A stretch of 64,000 bases of DNA from Hyphomicrobiaceae bacterium (GTDB lineage Bacteria; Pseudomonadota; Alphaproteobacteria; Rhizobiales; Hyphomicrobiaceae), in contig JAEUMD010000015.1 of assembly GCA_016793635.1 (NCBI GenBank), positions 37,829 through 101,828 on the forward strand, in the 5' to 3' direction. The notes under the pieces are model-generated. The model saw only the letters and a program-made list of their open reading frames with translations. It ran no database searches and had not been told where the DNA came from. Position numbers and translations under genes: made by a program. Below, one piece after another: positions 41,030 to 51,142 of the stretch; position 1 is the stretch's first letter; each line of letters opens with the position of its first letter.

Positions 41030-41090
41030 GCGTTGCGTTTCCGTACCCGGTTTCTTGTTGTCACTGTCACGCTGTCTCCAGCGTGGCTGC

Positions 41091-42059
41091 TCATCGCAGC
41101 AAATAGTCCGTCACAGCCGTCAGCGGCACCAGCAGGCCGAGCGCCCGCTCGGCTATCAGCACCGCGAGCAGCGCCACCACGTAGACGCTGTTGTGGCGGT
41201 AGAATATCCAAGCCGCCGCCTGCGCCGTAGCGTCCGTCGCCCGTGCCAGCCGCACCGCTTCGGCCGTCATCGCTACGCCACCGAGCGACGCAACGACGAG
41301 CCATGCGAGGCCTGTCGTTCCGAACGCGAGCGGCAGAAACGCGAGCAGCGCGTGTGCGGCGGTGAAGCCGACCATCATGCGCCGCGTGCGCGCCGAACCC
41401 GCCACCACCGGCATCATCGGCACACCGGCGTTGGAATAATCCGCCGAGCGCACCAACGCCTGAGACCACACGTGAGGCGGCGTCCACGGCACGAGGAAAG
41501 CGAATAGCGCCACCGCCTCGAGCGAAACGCCTCCCGTCGCCGCCGCCCAACCGGTGAGAGGCGTCAATATACTGGCGAGGCCACCGCCGACGACGACGTT
41601 GAGCGGCGTCGCCCGCTTCAGCCACATCGTGTAGACGACCCCGTAGAAGAGGATCGTCAGCGCAAGCATCGCGGCGGCAGCCGGCCCCGAGACCGTGGCC
41701 ATGGCGACCAGCCCCGACGCGATCAACGCGAGCGCGAACGCCAGCGCCTCCGCGGGCTTTACGCGCCCTGCAGGGATCGGCCGGCTTGCGGTGCGGACCA
41801 TGCGGGCATCGAGATCGCGCTCGAACCACATGTTCAGCACCGCCGACCCGCCACCACCGAGCGCGATGGCGACCATCGCGACCAGAGCAACCGACAAAGT
41901 CGTGGAACCGGGCGCGGCGAGCAGTCCGGCCAGTGCCGTGAGCACCACCACCGACATCGGTCGCGGCTTCAGCAGAGCGACGAAATCGGCAACACGGCCG
42001 GCCGTATGGCCGCCTGCGGTCCGCGCATTCATCGTCATCCTGAAGCCTGCTCCGGTCAT
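41091..42059 (-). CDS. Protoheme IX farnesyltransferase paralogue (second, diverged tandem copy)
   Basis: About 322 aa. [53 protein letters not shown]. By eye roughly half of positions match the neighbouring ctaB. Start is ambiguous (ATG 42059, 42038 or 42032). Confidence 0.8.
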   Translation of the reverse strand: MTGAGFRMTMNARTAGGHTAGRVADFVALLKPRPMSVVVLTALAGLLAAPGSTTLSVALVAMVAIALGGGGSAVLNMWFERDLDARMVRTASRPIPAGRVKPAEALAFALALIASGLVAMATVSGPAAAAMLALTILFYGVVYTMWLKRATPLNVVVGGGLASILTPLTGWAAATGGVSLEAVALFAFLVPWTPPHVWSQALVRSADYSNAGVPMMPVVAGSARTRRMMVGFTAAHALLAFLPLAFGTTGLAWLVVASLGGVAMTAEAVRLARATDATAQAAAWIFYRHNSVYVVALLAVLIAERALGLLVPLTAVTDYLLR

Positions 42060-42313
42060 GTCGGGAGCGTCACCCTCGTTCGTCACAGTTGCGGACCACA
42101 TCCAACGCGGGGACCGCCCGTCGATTTCGGACGGCCCCCAACGCACGGGTGGCGCCCGACTGGCGGGCTGTGCCGGCCGGCGGCGCTAAGAGCCCCCGGC
42201 CGCGTGTTCTCTCTGCCGTTTTCTCTCTGCCGCCCCTGCGGCTGCCCGGCTACGTCACGAAAACCGCTCCGCGCCGAGATCGCCGCTTTGGCGTGCCGAG
42301 CCCCGCCGGACCG

Positions 42314-42348
42314 ACGATGGGCGAAACCTTGCAGGCCTCGCCCATCGT
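42314..42348 (-). other. Perfect 11-bp stem-loop between ctaD and the extra ctaB copy
   Basis: acgatgggcga / tcgcccatcgt arms with a 13-nt loop, about 20 nt downstream of the ctaD stop. There is no U-tract, so it is not a classical terminator. Confidence 0.5.
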
Positions 42349-42368
42349 GACCTTGCGGAGCGCAGCGA

Positions 42369-43988
42369 TCAGTGGTGATCGCCACCAGTGATGCGCGGCA
42401 GCGTCTCGTACTGGTGGAACGGCGGCGGCGAAGACAGCGTCCACTCGAGCGTGGTGGCGCCGACGCCCCACGGATTCTCGCCGACCTTCTGCTTGCGAGC
42501 CAGAGCCACGAACACGCCGATGAAGAAGAACAGCGTGCCGAGAGCCGTGATGTAGCTGCCGTACGACGAGACCTTGTTCCAGAAGGCGAGGCCATCCGGA
42601 TAGTCGGCGTAGCGGCGTGGCATGCCGGCGAGACCGAGGAAGTGCTGCGGGAAGAACAGAATGTTGGCACCGACGAACGTGGTCCAGAAGTGCAGCTTGC
42701 CCCAGAAGTCGGAGTACATGTAGCCGGTCATCTTCGGGAACCAGTAGTAGTAGGCCGCGAAGATCGAGAACACGGCGCCGAGCGACAGCACGTAATGGAA
42801 GTGCGCGACGACGTAGTAGGTGTCGTGCAGGTAGCGATCGACGCCGGCGTTGGCCAGCATGACGCCGGTGACGCCACCAACTGTGAACAGGAAGATGAAG
42901 CCCAGCGCCCAGATCATGGGCAGGCGGAACTGGATCGAGCCGCCCCACATCGTTGCGATCCACGAGAAGATCTTCACGCCCGTGGGAACCGCGATCACCA
43001 TGGTGGCGAACACGAAGTAGGCCTGCGTGTTGACGCTGATGCCCGACGTGTACATGTGGTGCGCCCACACGATGAAACCGACGAGACCGATCGCGACCAT
43101 GGCGTAGGCCATGCCGAGATAGCCGAACACGGGCTTGCGAGAGAACGTCGAGACGATCTGGCTGATCATGCCGAAGCCCGGGAGAATGAGGATGTAGACC
43201 TCCGGGTGGGCGAAGAACCAGAACAGATGCTGGTAGAGGATCGGGTCACCACCGCCGGACGGCGTGAAGAACGTGGTGCCGAAGTTGCGATCCGTCAGCA
43301 TCATGGTGATGGCGCCGGCGAACACCGGCAGCGACAGCAGCAGCAGGAACGCGGTCACGAGCACCGACCACACGAACAGCGGCATCTTGTGCAGCGTCAT
43401 GCCGGGCGCGCGCATGTTGAAGATGGTGGTGATGAAGTTGATCGCGCCGAGGATCGACGAGGCGCCGGCCACGTGCATCGAAAGGATGCCGAAGTCCATC
43501 GCCGGGCCGGGCTGGCCGGTGGTCGCGAGCGGCGGATACAGCGTCCAGCCGCCGCCGATGCCGTTCATGCCGGGCGGACCCTCGACGAACAGCGACATCA
43601 GCAGCAGCGCGAAAGCCATCGGCAGCAGCCAGAACGAGATGTTGTTCATGCGCGGGAAGGCCATGTCCGGCGCGCCGATCATCAGCGGGACGAACCAGTT
43701 GCCGAAGCCGCCCATGGTCGCCGGCATGACCATGAAGAACACCATGATGATGCCGTGCGCGGTCACGAACACGTTGAACATGTGCGGGTTCGCGAACACC
43801 TGCATGCCGGGCTCCTCGAGCTCCATGCGCATGCCGACACTGAGCATACCGCCGATCACGCCAGCAACCATGGCGAAGATCAGGTACATCGTGCCGATGT
43901 CTTTGTGGTTGGTCGAAAACAGCCAGCGCCGCAGCCCCGTCGGGGTGTGGTCGTCGTGGCCGTGAGCGGCATGTGCAGTGCTACCCAT
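42369..43988 (-). CDS. ctaD: Cytochrome c oxidase subunit I
   Basis: 539 aa. [47 protein letters not shown]-type motif (here [18 protein letters not shown]) and [15 protein letters not shown] are present. Confidence 0.97.
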   Translation of the reverse strand: MGSTAHAAHGHDDHTPTGLRRWLFSTNHKDIGTMYLIFAMVAGVIGGMLSVGMRMELEEPGMQVFANPHMFNVFVTAHGIIMVFFMVMPATMGGFGNWFVPLMIGAPDMAFPRMNNISFWLLPMAFALLLMSLFVEGPPGMNGIGGGWTLYPPLATTGQPGPAMDFGILSMHVAGASSILGAINFITTIFNMRAPGMTLHKMPLFVWSVLVTAFLLLLSLPVFAGAITMMLTDRNFGTTFFTPSGGGDPILYQHLFWFFAHPEVYILILPGFGMISQIVSTFSRKPVFGYLGMAYAMVAIGLVGFIVWAHHMYTSGISVNTQAYFVFATMVIAVPTGVKIFSWIATMWGGSIQFRLPMIWALGFIFLFTVGGVTGVMLANAGVDRYLHDTYYVVAHFHYVLSLGAVFSIFAAYYYWFPKMTGYMYSDFWGKLHFWTTFVGANILFFPQHFLGLAGMPRRYADYPDGLAFWNKVSSYGSYITALGTLFFFIGVFVALARKQKVGENPWGVGATTLEWTLSSPPPFHQYETLPRITGGDHH

Positions 43989-44098
43989 CTGGCGTTGCCC
44001 TTCGCTTTCAAGTGCGTCTGAAACTGCGCGATTTTTATTCGTGCCGTGCGGCAGTAGCCGCAGGCGGAGAGCCGGCGTGTTAGCGCCGGCTCAAGACA

Positions 44099-45025
44099 TT
44101 AACGGGCGGCGGGAGCCGAAGCGTTGGCGACCTGCTTGCCGGCATCCTCGATGGCGACCTGCTCGATGATCTGCTTGGCGCGCTTCTTGTCCTTCGCCTT
44201 CATCGCGGCCGACCAATCCGCGAAGACCTGATCGGTCACGACGCGAACGGCGATCGGCATGAACGCATGGTCCTTGCCGCAGAGCTCCGAGCACTGGCCG
44301 TAGTACACGCCGGTCTTCTCGGCGCGGAACCAGGTCGCGTTGATGCGGCCCGGCACGGCGTCGGTCTTCGAGCCGAACGATGGAATGGTCCAGTTGTGCA
44401 GAACGTCGCCTGCCGTCACGAGAACGTGGACGTTCTTGTTGACCGGCACGATCACCTCGTTGTCGACGGCGAGGTTGCGCGGAGCATTGATGCCCTTCGT
44501 CTTGAGCTCCGCGATCTCTTCGGGCTGCAGCATGAGGCTATCGAAGGAGAACCCGCCCTGGTCGGGATACTCGTGCGACCAGTACCACTGGTAGCCCGTC
44601 GCCTTGATGGTGAGATCCGGCTTGGGATAGGCATACTGGAGGTTCAGAAGGCGGAACGAGGGAACCGCGATGACCACCAGAATCATGATCGGGATGACCG
44701 TCCAGGCGATCTCGATCATCGTGTTGTGAGCGGTCTTCGACGGCGTCGGGTTGGCGCTCTCACGGAAGCGGACCATGACGTAGAGCATCAGGATCAGCAC
44801 GAACACGGTGATCGTGATGATGATGCCGTTCACCATGTCGTGGAAGCTGTGGATCGCATGGGCGACCGGCGTCACTGCGTCCTGCATGCCGATCTGGCGG
44901 TCAACGGGCTGGCCGGCTGCCGCGAGGACGTCGCCGGCGCTGGCGACCGCCAGCATCGCAGTCGCGAGCGCGGCTGCTGCCATAGCTGCGGCGGAACGAG
45001 CCGAGCCAAGCAATCGTCTGATCAT
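44099..45025 (-). CDS. ctaC: Cytochrome c oxidase subunit II
   Basis: 308 aa. Signal peptide plus two TM, WYWSHEYPD, and the CuA motif CSELCGKDHAFMP. Confidence 0.95.
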   Translation of the reverse strand: MIRRLLGSARSAAAMAAAALATAMLAVASAGDVLAAAGQPVDRQIGMQDAVTPVAHAIHSFHDMVNGIIITITVFVLILMLYVMVRFRESANPTPSKTAHNTMIEIAWTVIPIMILVVIAVPSFRLLNLQYAYPKPDLTIKATGYQWYWSHEYPDQGGFSFDSLMLQPEEIAELKTKGINAPRNLAVDNEVIVPVNKNVHVLVTAGDVLHNWTIPSFGSKTDAVPGRINATWFRAEKTGVYYGQCSELCGKDHAFMPIAVRVVTDQVFADWSAAMKAKDKKRAKQIIEQVAIEDAGKQVANASAPAAR

Positions 45026-45712
45026 TCCATGCTCCCCAAATCTACGCCCGGGCGACGCCGGGCCGTTTCTTGAACCTTGGCGGAAACCCGAAGGCGCCGC
45101 ACTTCACATTCCTGCCGATCGACCCCATCTCGACTACTGTCCGCGTTCCTAGCGGGCTGCGCCATTATTCCGGCGCATACGCTCGGTAGCGAAAAGTCAA
45201 GACAGGCGGGTGGTGCCCGCTCGATCGCCCGTAATCCTATCAGCGTGCCATCAAGACGCCGAGCTACCCATTCCACGCCACCGCGCCCCCCTTGGCCGTG
45301 GCGACCAGCCGTAGCCGCGATGCTTGATCGCGCCAGCCACCGCCCGGAACAGGCCGCGACAAAACGGAATAGCCGTGCTTTGACCAGAGCACAAGCCACG
45401 CGCTTGTCTCAAGTCAAACTCTGTGCGGCATTTGAACGCGACGCAACCTTTGTTGCATCACCACGCCACCCAACCGCCACGATGCTTGAAGCAGCTTCAA
45501 AATTTGGCCGTTTTGATCGCAGACAGCCGCAGCGTGCTGGCGCTGGACACGGCGAGGAGTTAACCCTTCGGCCATGCCGGTTTGATTTCGCGGTTGGGAC
45601 GGAGATGCCGTCGCACCGTGTGCCAGGCGGGTCAGCATGCTGCCACTGCTTGAATGCTTGAGGGAATCACTTGCTCCACAACCCGCATCACCGCCGCCAC
45701 ACCCGCACCGAC

Positions 45713-46279
45713 ATGAGGCCCGGGCCCTTCGCGCCTGCCAAGGTGTATCACTCGGTCGCCCGCGTGCTCCAATCCATCGCCGCCACTGCGGCCATGGTCG
45801 TCGTTGCACTCGGGCTTTCACTGTCGGCGGCAGTGGCGCAGCCGGCCCCCGAGGGCACGGTGAAGGCGCAGCATGGCGACTGGCAGGTCGTATGCAAAGC
45901 ACCACCGCCAGGGTCCAGCAAGGAAGTTTGCGCGCTCGTACAAAGCGTTACGGCCGAAGACCGCAACAATGTAGGATTGACGGTCTATTTCCAGAAATTC
46001 TCGAACGGAACCAAGGTGCTGCGCGTATTCGCGCCGCTTGGGGTGCTGCTACCGCCGGGGCTCGGCCTCAAGATCGACAACAAGGACGTCGGCCACGCGC
46101 CTTTCCTAAGGTGTCACAGCTTCGCCTGTTACGCGCAGGTGGTTGCCGAGGACAAGCTCATCGATCAGCTGAAGACTGGAAAATCGGCGATTTTCATCAT
46201 CTTCCAGACCGAGGAAGCCGGCATCGGCATTCCCATTTCGCTGGCCGGCTTCAAAGAAGCCCTGCCGGCGCTGGAATAG
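45713..46279 (+). CDS. Invasion-associated locus B (IalB) family periplasmic protein
   Basis: 188 aa from ATG 45713, with a signal peptide ending AVAQP. HGDWQVVC...EVCALVQS...LRVFAPLGVLLPPGLGLKID...FLRCHSFACYA resembles IalB-family proteins. The start is uncertain. Confidence 0.65.
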   Translation: MRPGPFAPAKVYHSVARVLQSIAATAAMVVVALGLSLSAAVAQPAPEGTVKAQHGDWQVVCKAPPPGSSKEVCALVQSVTAEDRNNVGLTVYFQKFSNGTKVLRVFAPLGVLLPPGLGLKIDNKDVGHAPFLRCHSFACYAQVVAEDKLIDQLKTGKSAIFIIFQTEEAGIGIPISLAGFKEALPALE

Positions 46280-46493
46280 GACGGCTCGGCTGAGTAGAAA
46301 ACACTCTGAGCCGCCAATGAAAACTCGAAACGTTGCCTGTTCTTCTGGGTTCGAACAACTCTTCGAGCGGCCCATTCGCGTGCCGAGCAAGAAAGCAGCG
46401 GTTCGAAAACAGTGAACGGCCGATGCCCGGTTGCCCGGCGGCATCGACCGTCCCGACTGTGACCGAATGCGGTCTGCCGTCCGATCGCGCGCG

Positions 46494-46931
46494 TCACGCA
46501 ACCCGGCGCCGCTCCTCCTTCTCCCGGATCGGCAGCTTCTTCTCGGCCTGCGGCTCGGGGAAGCTCAGGTAATCGCGGGCGCGCGGCTTGATGCTGCCCT
46601 TCGACTCCGCCACCGGCGCCGACATGAGCTGCGCCCACGACGTCATCATTTTCTGCGAGCATTCGGCATACTGCTGGAATGCCGTCTGCCAGAATATCGT
46701 CTGCTCCTTGACGAGGTCCTGGGGTGTCCGGCATGCAGCGACGCGCCCCGGCAGCTCGAGATAGGCCTGGGCGCGGCGGCTCATAAGCCCCTGGCACTCG
46801 AGTTGGCAGCGCGCGACGTTACGCATGTACTGATCGAGCGCGACGTTGGGAGCTGCATTACCCGGTCCGGCACCATGAAAGAACGACTGGAAAAAGCCTA
46901 AGCCTGTGAACGGAGATCCGTTTTCAGACAT
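46494..46931 (-). CDS. Phasin-like (PHA-granule-associated family) protein, tentative
   Basis: 145 aa. The segment SRRAQAYLELPGRVAACRTPQDLVKEQTIFWQTAFQQYAE resembles, from memory, a motif in alphaproteobacterial proteins annotated as phasin family. Not verified. Confidence 0.4.
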   Translation of the reverse strand: MSENGSPFTGLGFFQSFFHGAGPGNAAPNVALDQYMRNVARCQLECQGLMSRRAQAYLELPGRVAACRTPQDLVKEQTIFWQTAFQQYAECSQKMMTSWAQLMSAPVAESKGSIKPRARDYLSFPEPQAEKKLPIREKEERRRVA

Positions 46932-47399
46932 CGCCGCGTCTCCTCCTGTTTCTTGACTTAATGCGCTTGCCGCTGCCGCTTACCGCCGAAATTTCAAGGC
47001 GGTTGGCGCGCCCCTCAATGGGCGCGAAGCGGTGCGCGGTTCAGCAATCATCTATTTATAGCAGAAAACTCGACCATTCCACTTGATCTGTTGCAATTGC
47101 GAGACGCAATTGCCAGCACGCGAAAAACAGAACGCCACATTCCCCGGTTTAAGACAAAAAACAGCATCCTGGAGTTGATGGAAAGTCATTTTGCACACGC
47201 CAAGGTAGAAATTATATGCGCGGCATAGTTGTTAATTGACCGCCTACCGAGCTTAACCGTACATATACTATCAGTTGTATGTTCATTTATACGGCGCGAG
47301 TTCGTTGTGTCTGCGTTCGCGATTGCGCTTCAACGGGTTATTGCCCACCAAGCCCTGACATCGCGCCGCTCTCCGCGGGCGAACACATTGCGCTGGCCC

Positions 47400-48209
47400 A
47401 TGTGCATCACTTGCATTGCGGTCTTCGCAGTCCTTCAATCCCTCGCCCTTGCCCCCTTCCAAGCGGCGCGCGCGGCGGAGCAGGACCGGCCGACCGCCCC
47501 CACTTGGATCGAAACCTGGAGTGGGGCCGATATCGCCGGAGGTGCCTGGTCGCTCTATGGCGGCGCGACCGTCGCGCCGTTCGCGTCACTCGAACGGAAC
47601 GGGCTGCGCCTGCGCGCTGCGGGCGGCTATGGCCAATACCGCTACGACGGCCGGCCAACCGGATCGACTAATCCGGCCCTGCACCGTTACGCCGCCCAGG
47701 TCTCATCCGCGGAAGCACTGATCGGCTGGCAGACGCAGCTTGGCCCGCTGACCGCCAAGGCATTCGTCGGCATCGCCTCTCTGACCCACGAAGTCGACCC
47801 CGGCATCACATCGGCGCTGGCTGTCGTCGGAGAGGATTACGGCGTCAAGGGCGCCCTCGAGCTTTGGCTCAACCTCGGCAGCTCGGCGTGGGTGTCGCTC
47901 GACGCCAGTTGGACGGCGGCGCACGAGACATACGGGAGCCGGCTCCGTCTCGGCCACCGCGTCACTCCCGCACTGTCCGCTGGCCTCGAAGCCGCGCTGA
48001 ACGGCCATGCGGTCGATACCGACTCCACCAACCTGTTGCCCCATGAGCGGCCGAAGCCTGCGGGTCGCGCCGGCCTCTTTGCACGCTACGAGTGGAGTGG
48101 CGGCGAAGTGTCCCTGTCAGCCGGCCTCGCCGGCAATACCTTCGAGGTCGCCGACGATCTCGCGCTCGACAACGGCTATGCCACCGTCAATTGGTTGACC
48201 CACTACTGA
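47400..48209 (+). CDS. BcsS-like outer-membrane beta-barrel protein, tentative
   Basis: 269 aa from ATG 47400, with signal peptide MCITCIAVFAVLQSLALAPFQAARA. WIETWSGADIAGGAWSLYGGATVAPF...GLRLRAAGGYGQYRY and the terminal aromatic (...WLTHY) fit a small beta-barrel resembling the cellulose-synthesis BcsS family. No other bcs genes are present. Confidence 0.4.
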   Translation: MCITCIAVFAVLQSLALAPFQAARAAEQDRPTAPTWIETWSGADIAGGAWSLYGGATVAPFASLERNGLRLRAAGGYGQYRYDGRPTGSTNPALHRYAAQVSSAEALIGWQTQLGPLTAKAFVGIASLTHEVDPGITSALAVVGEDYGVKGALELWLNLGSSAWVSLDASWTAAHETYGSRLRLGHRVTPALSAGLEAALNGHAVDTDSTNLLPHERPKPAGRAGLFARYEWSGGEVSLSAGLAGNTFEVADDLALDNGYATVNWLTHY

Positions 48210-48428
48210 GACTGACCGGCTGCGTCACGGTGCTCCGGCGGCGGTACTACCCAGCGCCTGTGCCGCGCCTGCACTGGCCAAGGCCAAGTCCCACCATCCA
48301 TAATTGCAAAGTGATTCGTCCGCCGTTCGCGGCTTCGCAACGGTGCCTCTTGTTGTGCGCGTTCCAAGGGGCTGCGGCGCCGTTTCCGATCCCGCAGGAT
48401 CGGCTCTCGTGCACCATCTGGGAACGCG

Positions 48429-50960
48429 ATGCGCTTCAATGTCGCCAAATCGCGGGCGCGCAATGCCCGCAACGAGCTTGCCATGTTGCTTCTCGCCAGC
48501 ATGGCCGTCGTTGCGGCGCTGACCTATGCGGTGACGCGCGGAACCGGCGCGCTCGACGTCGCACTCGGCCTCGAAAAATCACTGCTCATCGTTCTCGTCA
48601 CGGCGGCGGCGCTGATGGCGAGCGCGCTCGTGTGGCGGGCAATCGTGGTGGCGCGCGATTTCTCGCGCAGCTCGCGTCTCGAGAACTCGGAATTGCGCAG
48701 CAGCCTCGCCACCGCCGAGGCGGTCATGAAGGCCGAGCCGCAGATCCTTTTGCTTTGGGATCAGGAGCAGGAGCCCCGCATCGTCGCGCAGACACTGACG
48801 AACGTCGTCGGCCTGCCACAGCGCAAGGACGACATTCTGCGCTTCGCGCAGTGGCTCGAGCCGCGCTCGGCAAGCCTGCTGAAAACCAGCCTCGACGAGC
48901 TGTTCCAGCAGGGGCGTTCGTTCAATATCATCGTGCGCACGGCCGCCGCCGACCATATCGAGGCGGAAGGTCGAGCGGCCGGCGGGCGCGCGGTTCTGCG
49001 CCTGCGCGATGTCGCTGGCTACAAGCGCGATCTCGCCCGCATCATCGACCAGCACCAGTGGCTGGCCCGCGACATCCGCTCCATGCGGGCTCTGCTCAAC
49101 GCACTACCGATGCCGGTTTGGCTTAAGACGCGCGACGGCCGCCTCTCGTGGGTCAATCAAGCCTATGTGCGCGCGGTCGAGTCGCCGAGCGACGACGAAG
49201 TGCTCTCGCGCCAGATCGAGCTCATGGACTCGCGTGAGCGCAACCGCGCGATGGGCGCGATCGCCAAGGGCCAGGAGTTCCGCTCGCGCCTCCAACTCGT
49301 GATCGGCTCGGAGCGCAAGGCTCACGACGTCATCATGCTGCCGACCGAGGATACGATCGCGGGCGCCGCCATCGACGTCGCCGCCATCAAGACCGCCGAG
49401 GACGAGCTACAGCGCCAGATCCAGGCCTACGACCGTACACTCGACCACGTCGCCACCGCCGTCGCGATCTTCGATCGCGAGTTCCGCCTCGCGTTCTACA
49501 ACGTCGCGTTCCGCTCGCTCTGGTCGCTCGAGGACGAATGGCTCGCCTCGCGGCCGCTCGCCGGCAGCCTGATCGACCGCCTGCACGAGCGCGGCCTGCT
49601 TCCCGACATGCCGAACTATCTCAAGTGGAAGTCGACGTTCCTCGCGATCCATTCCACCGGCGAGCCGTTCCGCGATCTCTGGCTTCTGCCCGGTGATCGC
49701 ATCGTCGAGGTCATGGCCGAACTGCGCCCGGACGGCGGCGTGACCTATCTCTTCTCCGACGAAACCAAGCGCCTCGTTCTCGAAAGCGATTACAACGCGC
49801 TCATCAGCGTGCAACGCGAAACGCTCGACAGCCTCAAGGAAGGCGTCGCCGTGTTCGCCACCGACGGGCACGTGAAGCTGCACAACTCCGCCTTCGCAAC
49901 CATCTGGAACCTGTCCCGCGATCAGCTCGGCAAGAAGCCGTACATCGACGAGGTGATCGGGGCGGCCTGCGCCATCGACGACGAGCAGAAGGCATGGCTT
50001 CGCATCCGTCAGGTCGTGACCTCATTCCTTGACACGCGCCCGCAGATCGCTGGTCAGATCATCCGGGCCGAAGGCTCCGTCATCGACTTCGCTACCACTC
50101 CGCTGCCCGATGGCGGCACGCTCGTCACCTTCGTCGACGTGACCGTTTCGAAACGCTACGAGCGCGCCCTGCTCGAGCGAAACGAAGCGCTCGTTCTGGC
50201 TGACAAGCTGCGGAACCAGTTCATCAGCCACATCTCCTACGAGCTGCGGACGCCGCTCACCACCATCATCGGCTTCAGCGATCTTCTGGCGAGCCGTGCG
50301 TTCGGCCCGCTCAACACGCGCCAGAGCGAGTACGTCGACGGCATCTCGCAATCGTCGAAGTCGCTACTCGCCATCATCGACGACATTCTCGACCTCGCCA
50401 CCATCGATGCCGGATCGCTGAAACTCGAGCTTGGCCCGGTCGATGTCGCGGACGTCATCGACGACGCAATTCTCGGCGTGCGCGACCGCGCGGCGCGCGC
50501 TGCCCTGACCATCGACATCGGCATCGAAGAGAGTGTCACCACCTTCAATGCCGACGAGCGGCGCGTCCGGCAGGTGCTCTACAATCTGATCTCGAACGCC
50601 GTCGGCTTCTCGCGCGAAGGCGGTACGATCCGCATCACCTGCTGGCGCGAAGGAGCGTCCACTGTGTTCGAGGTTGAAGACGAGGGCGTCGGCATTCCCG
50701 CCGAGCAGCAGAAGCGCGTGTTCGACCGCTTCGTCAGCCGTAGCCACGGCTCGAAGCATCGCGGCACCGGCCTTGGCCTTTCGCTGGCGAAGAGCCTGGT
50801 CGAACTGCACGGCGGCACGCTGGAGCTCTACTCGGAAGCGGGGAAGGGGACCCGCGTCACGGTGCGTTTCCCCGAGATCGATTCCGCCGAGGGCCGCGAC
50901 GACGACGATGTCGGCGACGAGCCCGGCCGCGCCATCGCCGGGCGCCGCACGACGGCCTGA
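48429..50960 (+). CDS. Membrane-anchored multi-PAS sensor histidine kinase
   Basis: 843 aa. Two N-terminal TM segments and several PAS-like repeats. H-box FISHISYELRTPLTTI. ATPase boxes VLYNLISNAVGFS, DEGVGIP, GTGLGLSLAKSLVELHGG. Confidence 0.85.
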   Translation: MRFNVAKSRARNARNELAMLLLASMAVVAALTYAVTRGTGALDVALGLEKSLLIVLVTAAALMASALVWRAIVVARDFSRSSRLENSELRSSLATAEAVMKAEPQILLLWDQEQEPRIVAQTLTNVVGLPQRKDDILRFAQWLEPRSASLLKTSLDELFQQGRSFNIIVRTAAADHIEAEGRAAGGRAVLRLRDVAGYKRDLARIIDQHQWLARDIRSMRALLNALPMPVWLKTRDGRLSWVNQAYVRAVESPSDDEVLSRQIELMDSRERNRAMGAIAKGQEFRSRLQLVIGSERKAHDVIMLPTEDTIAGAAIDVAAIKTAEDELQRQIQAYDRTLDHVATAVAIFDREFRLAFYNVAFRSLWSLEDEWLASRPLAGSLIDRLHERGLLPDMPNYLKWKSTFLAIHSTGEPFRDLWLLPGDRIVEVMAELRPDGGVTYLFSDETKRLVLESDYNALISVQRETLDSLKEGVAVFATDGHVKLHNSAFATIWNLSRDQLGKKPYIDEVIGAACAIDDEQKAWLRIRQVVTSFLDTRPQIAGQIIRAEGSVIDFATTPLPDGGTLVTFVDVTVSKRYERALLERNEALVLADKLRNQFISHISYELRTPLTTIIGFSDLLASRAFGPLNTRQSEYVDGISQSSKSLLAIIDDILDLATIDAGSLKLELGPVDVADVIDDAILGVRDRAARAALTIDIGIEESVTTFNADERRVRQVLYNLISNAVGFSREGGTIRITCWREGASTVFEVEDEGVGIPAEQQKRVFDRFVSRSHGSKHRGTGLGLSLAKSLVELHGGTLELYSEAGKGTRVTVRFPEIDSAEGRDDDDVGDEPGRAIAGRRTTA

Positions 50961-50992
50961 CGACCTGACGACCTGACGACCTGACGACCTGA
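50953..50992. repeat. Octanucleotide tandem repeat (cgacctga x4 perfect, plus one degenerate copy containing the kinase stop codon)
   Basis: cggcctga|cgacctga|cgacctga|cgacctga|cgacctga read directly at 50953-50992. The TGA of the first unit is the stop of CDS 48429..50960. Confidence 0.9.
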
Positions 50993-51142
50993 CGGCAAAC
51001 GCGCGCGCGCGCACAGGCAATCCAGAGTGCTCTTCACGCTATCGATGGAAGCACTCGGCGCTTCCACCTCACCGATCGTAGCCTAGAGCGCTATCCGACC
51101 GCTCATTGCCATGGCAATTCCGTGCGGTCGGGTGACGCAACA

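Noticed and set aside
42372-44021. 549-aa plus-strand ORF
   Set aside because: Exactly antisense to cytochrome oxidase subunit I. Its composition (R/H/D/E/G runs) is typical of a high-GC mirror frame.
45486-45500. TTGAAGCAGCTTCAA as an FNR/FixK box
   Set aside because: The FNR/FixK consensus is TTGAT-N4-ATCAA (14 bp, TTGA-N6-TCAA). This palindrome has a 7-nt centre, so it does not fit. It is kept only as a generic palindrome.
51000-51012. Alternating CG run as a Z-DNA element
   Set aside because: At 13 nt it is too short to claim function. It is mentioned only as part of the pheS junction description.
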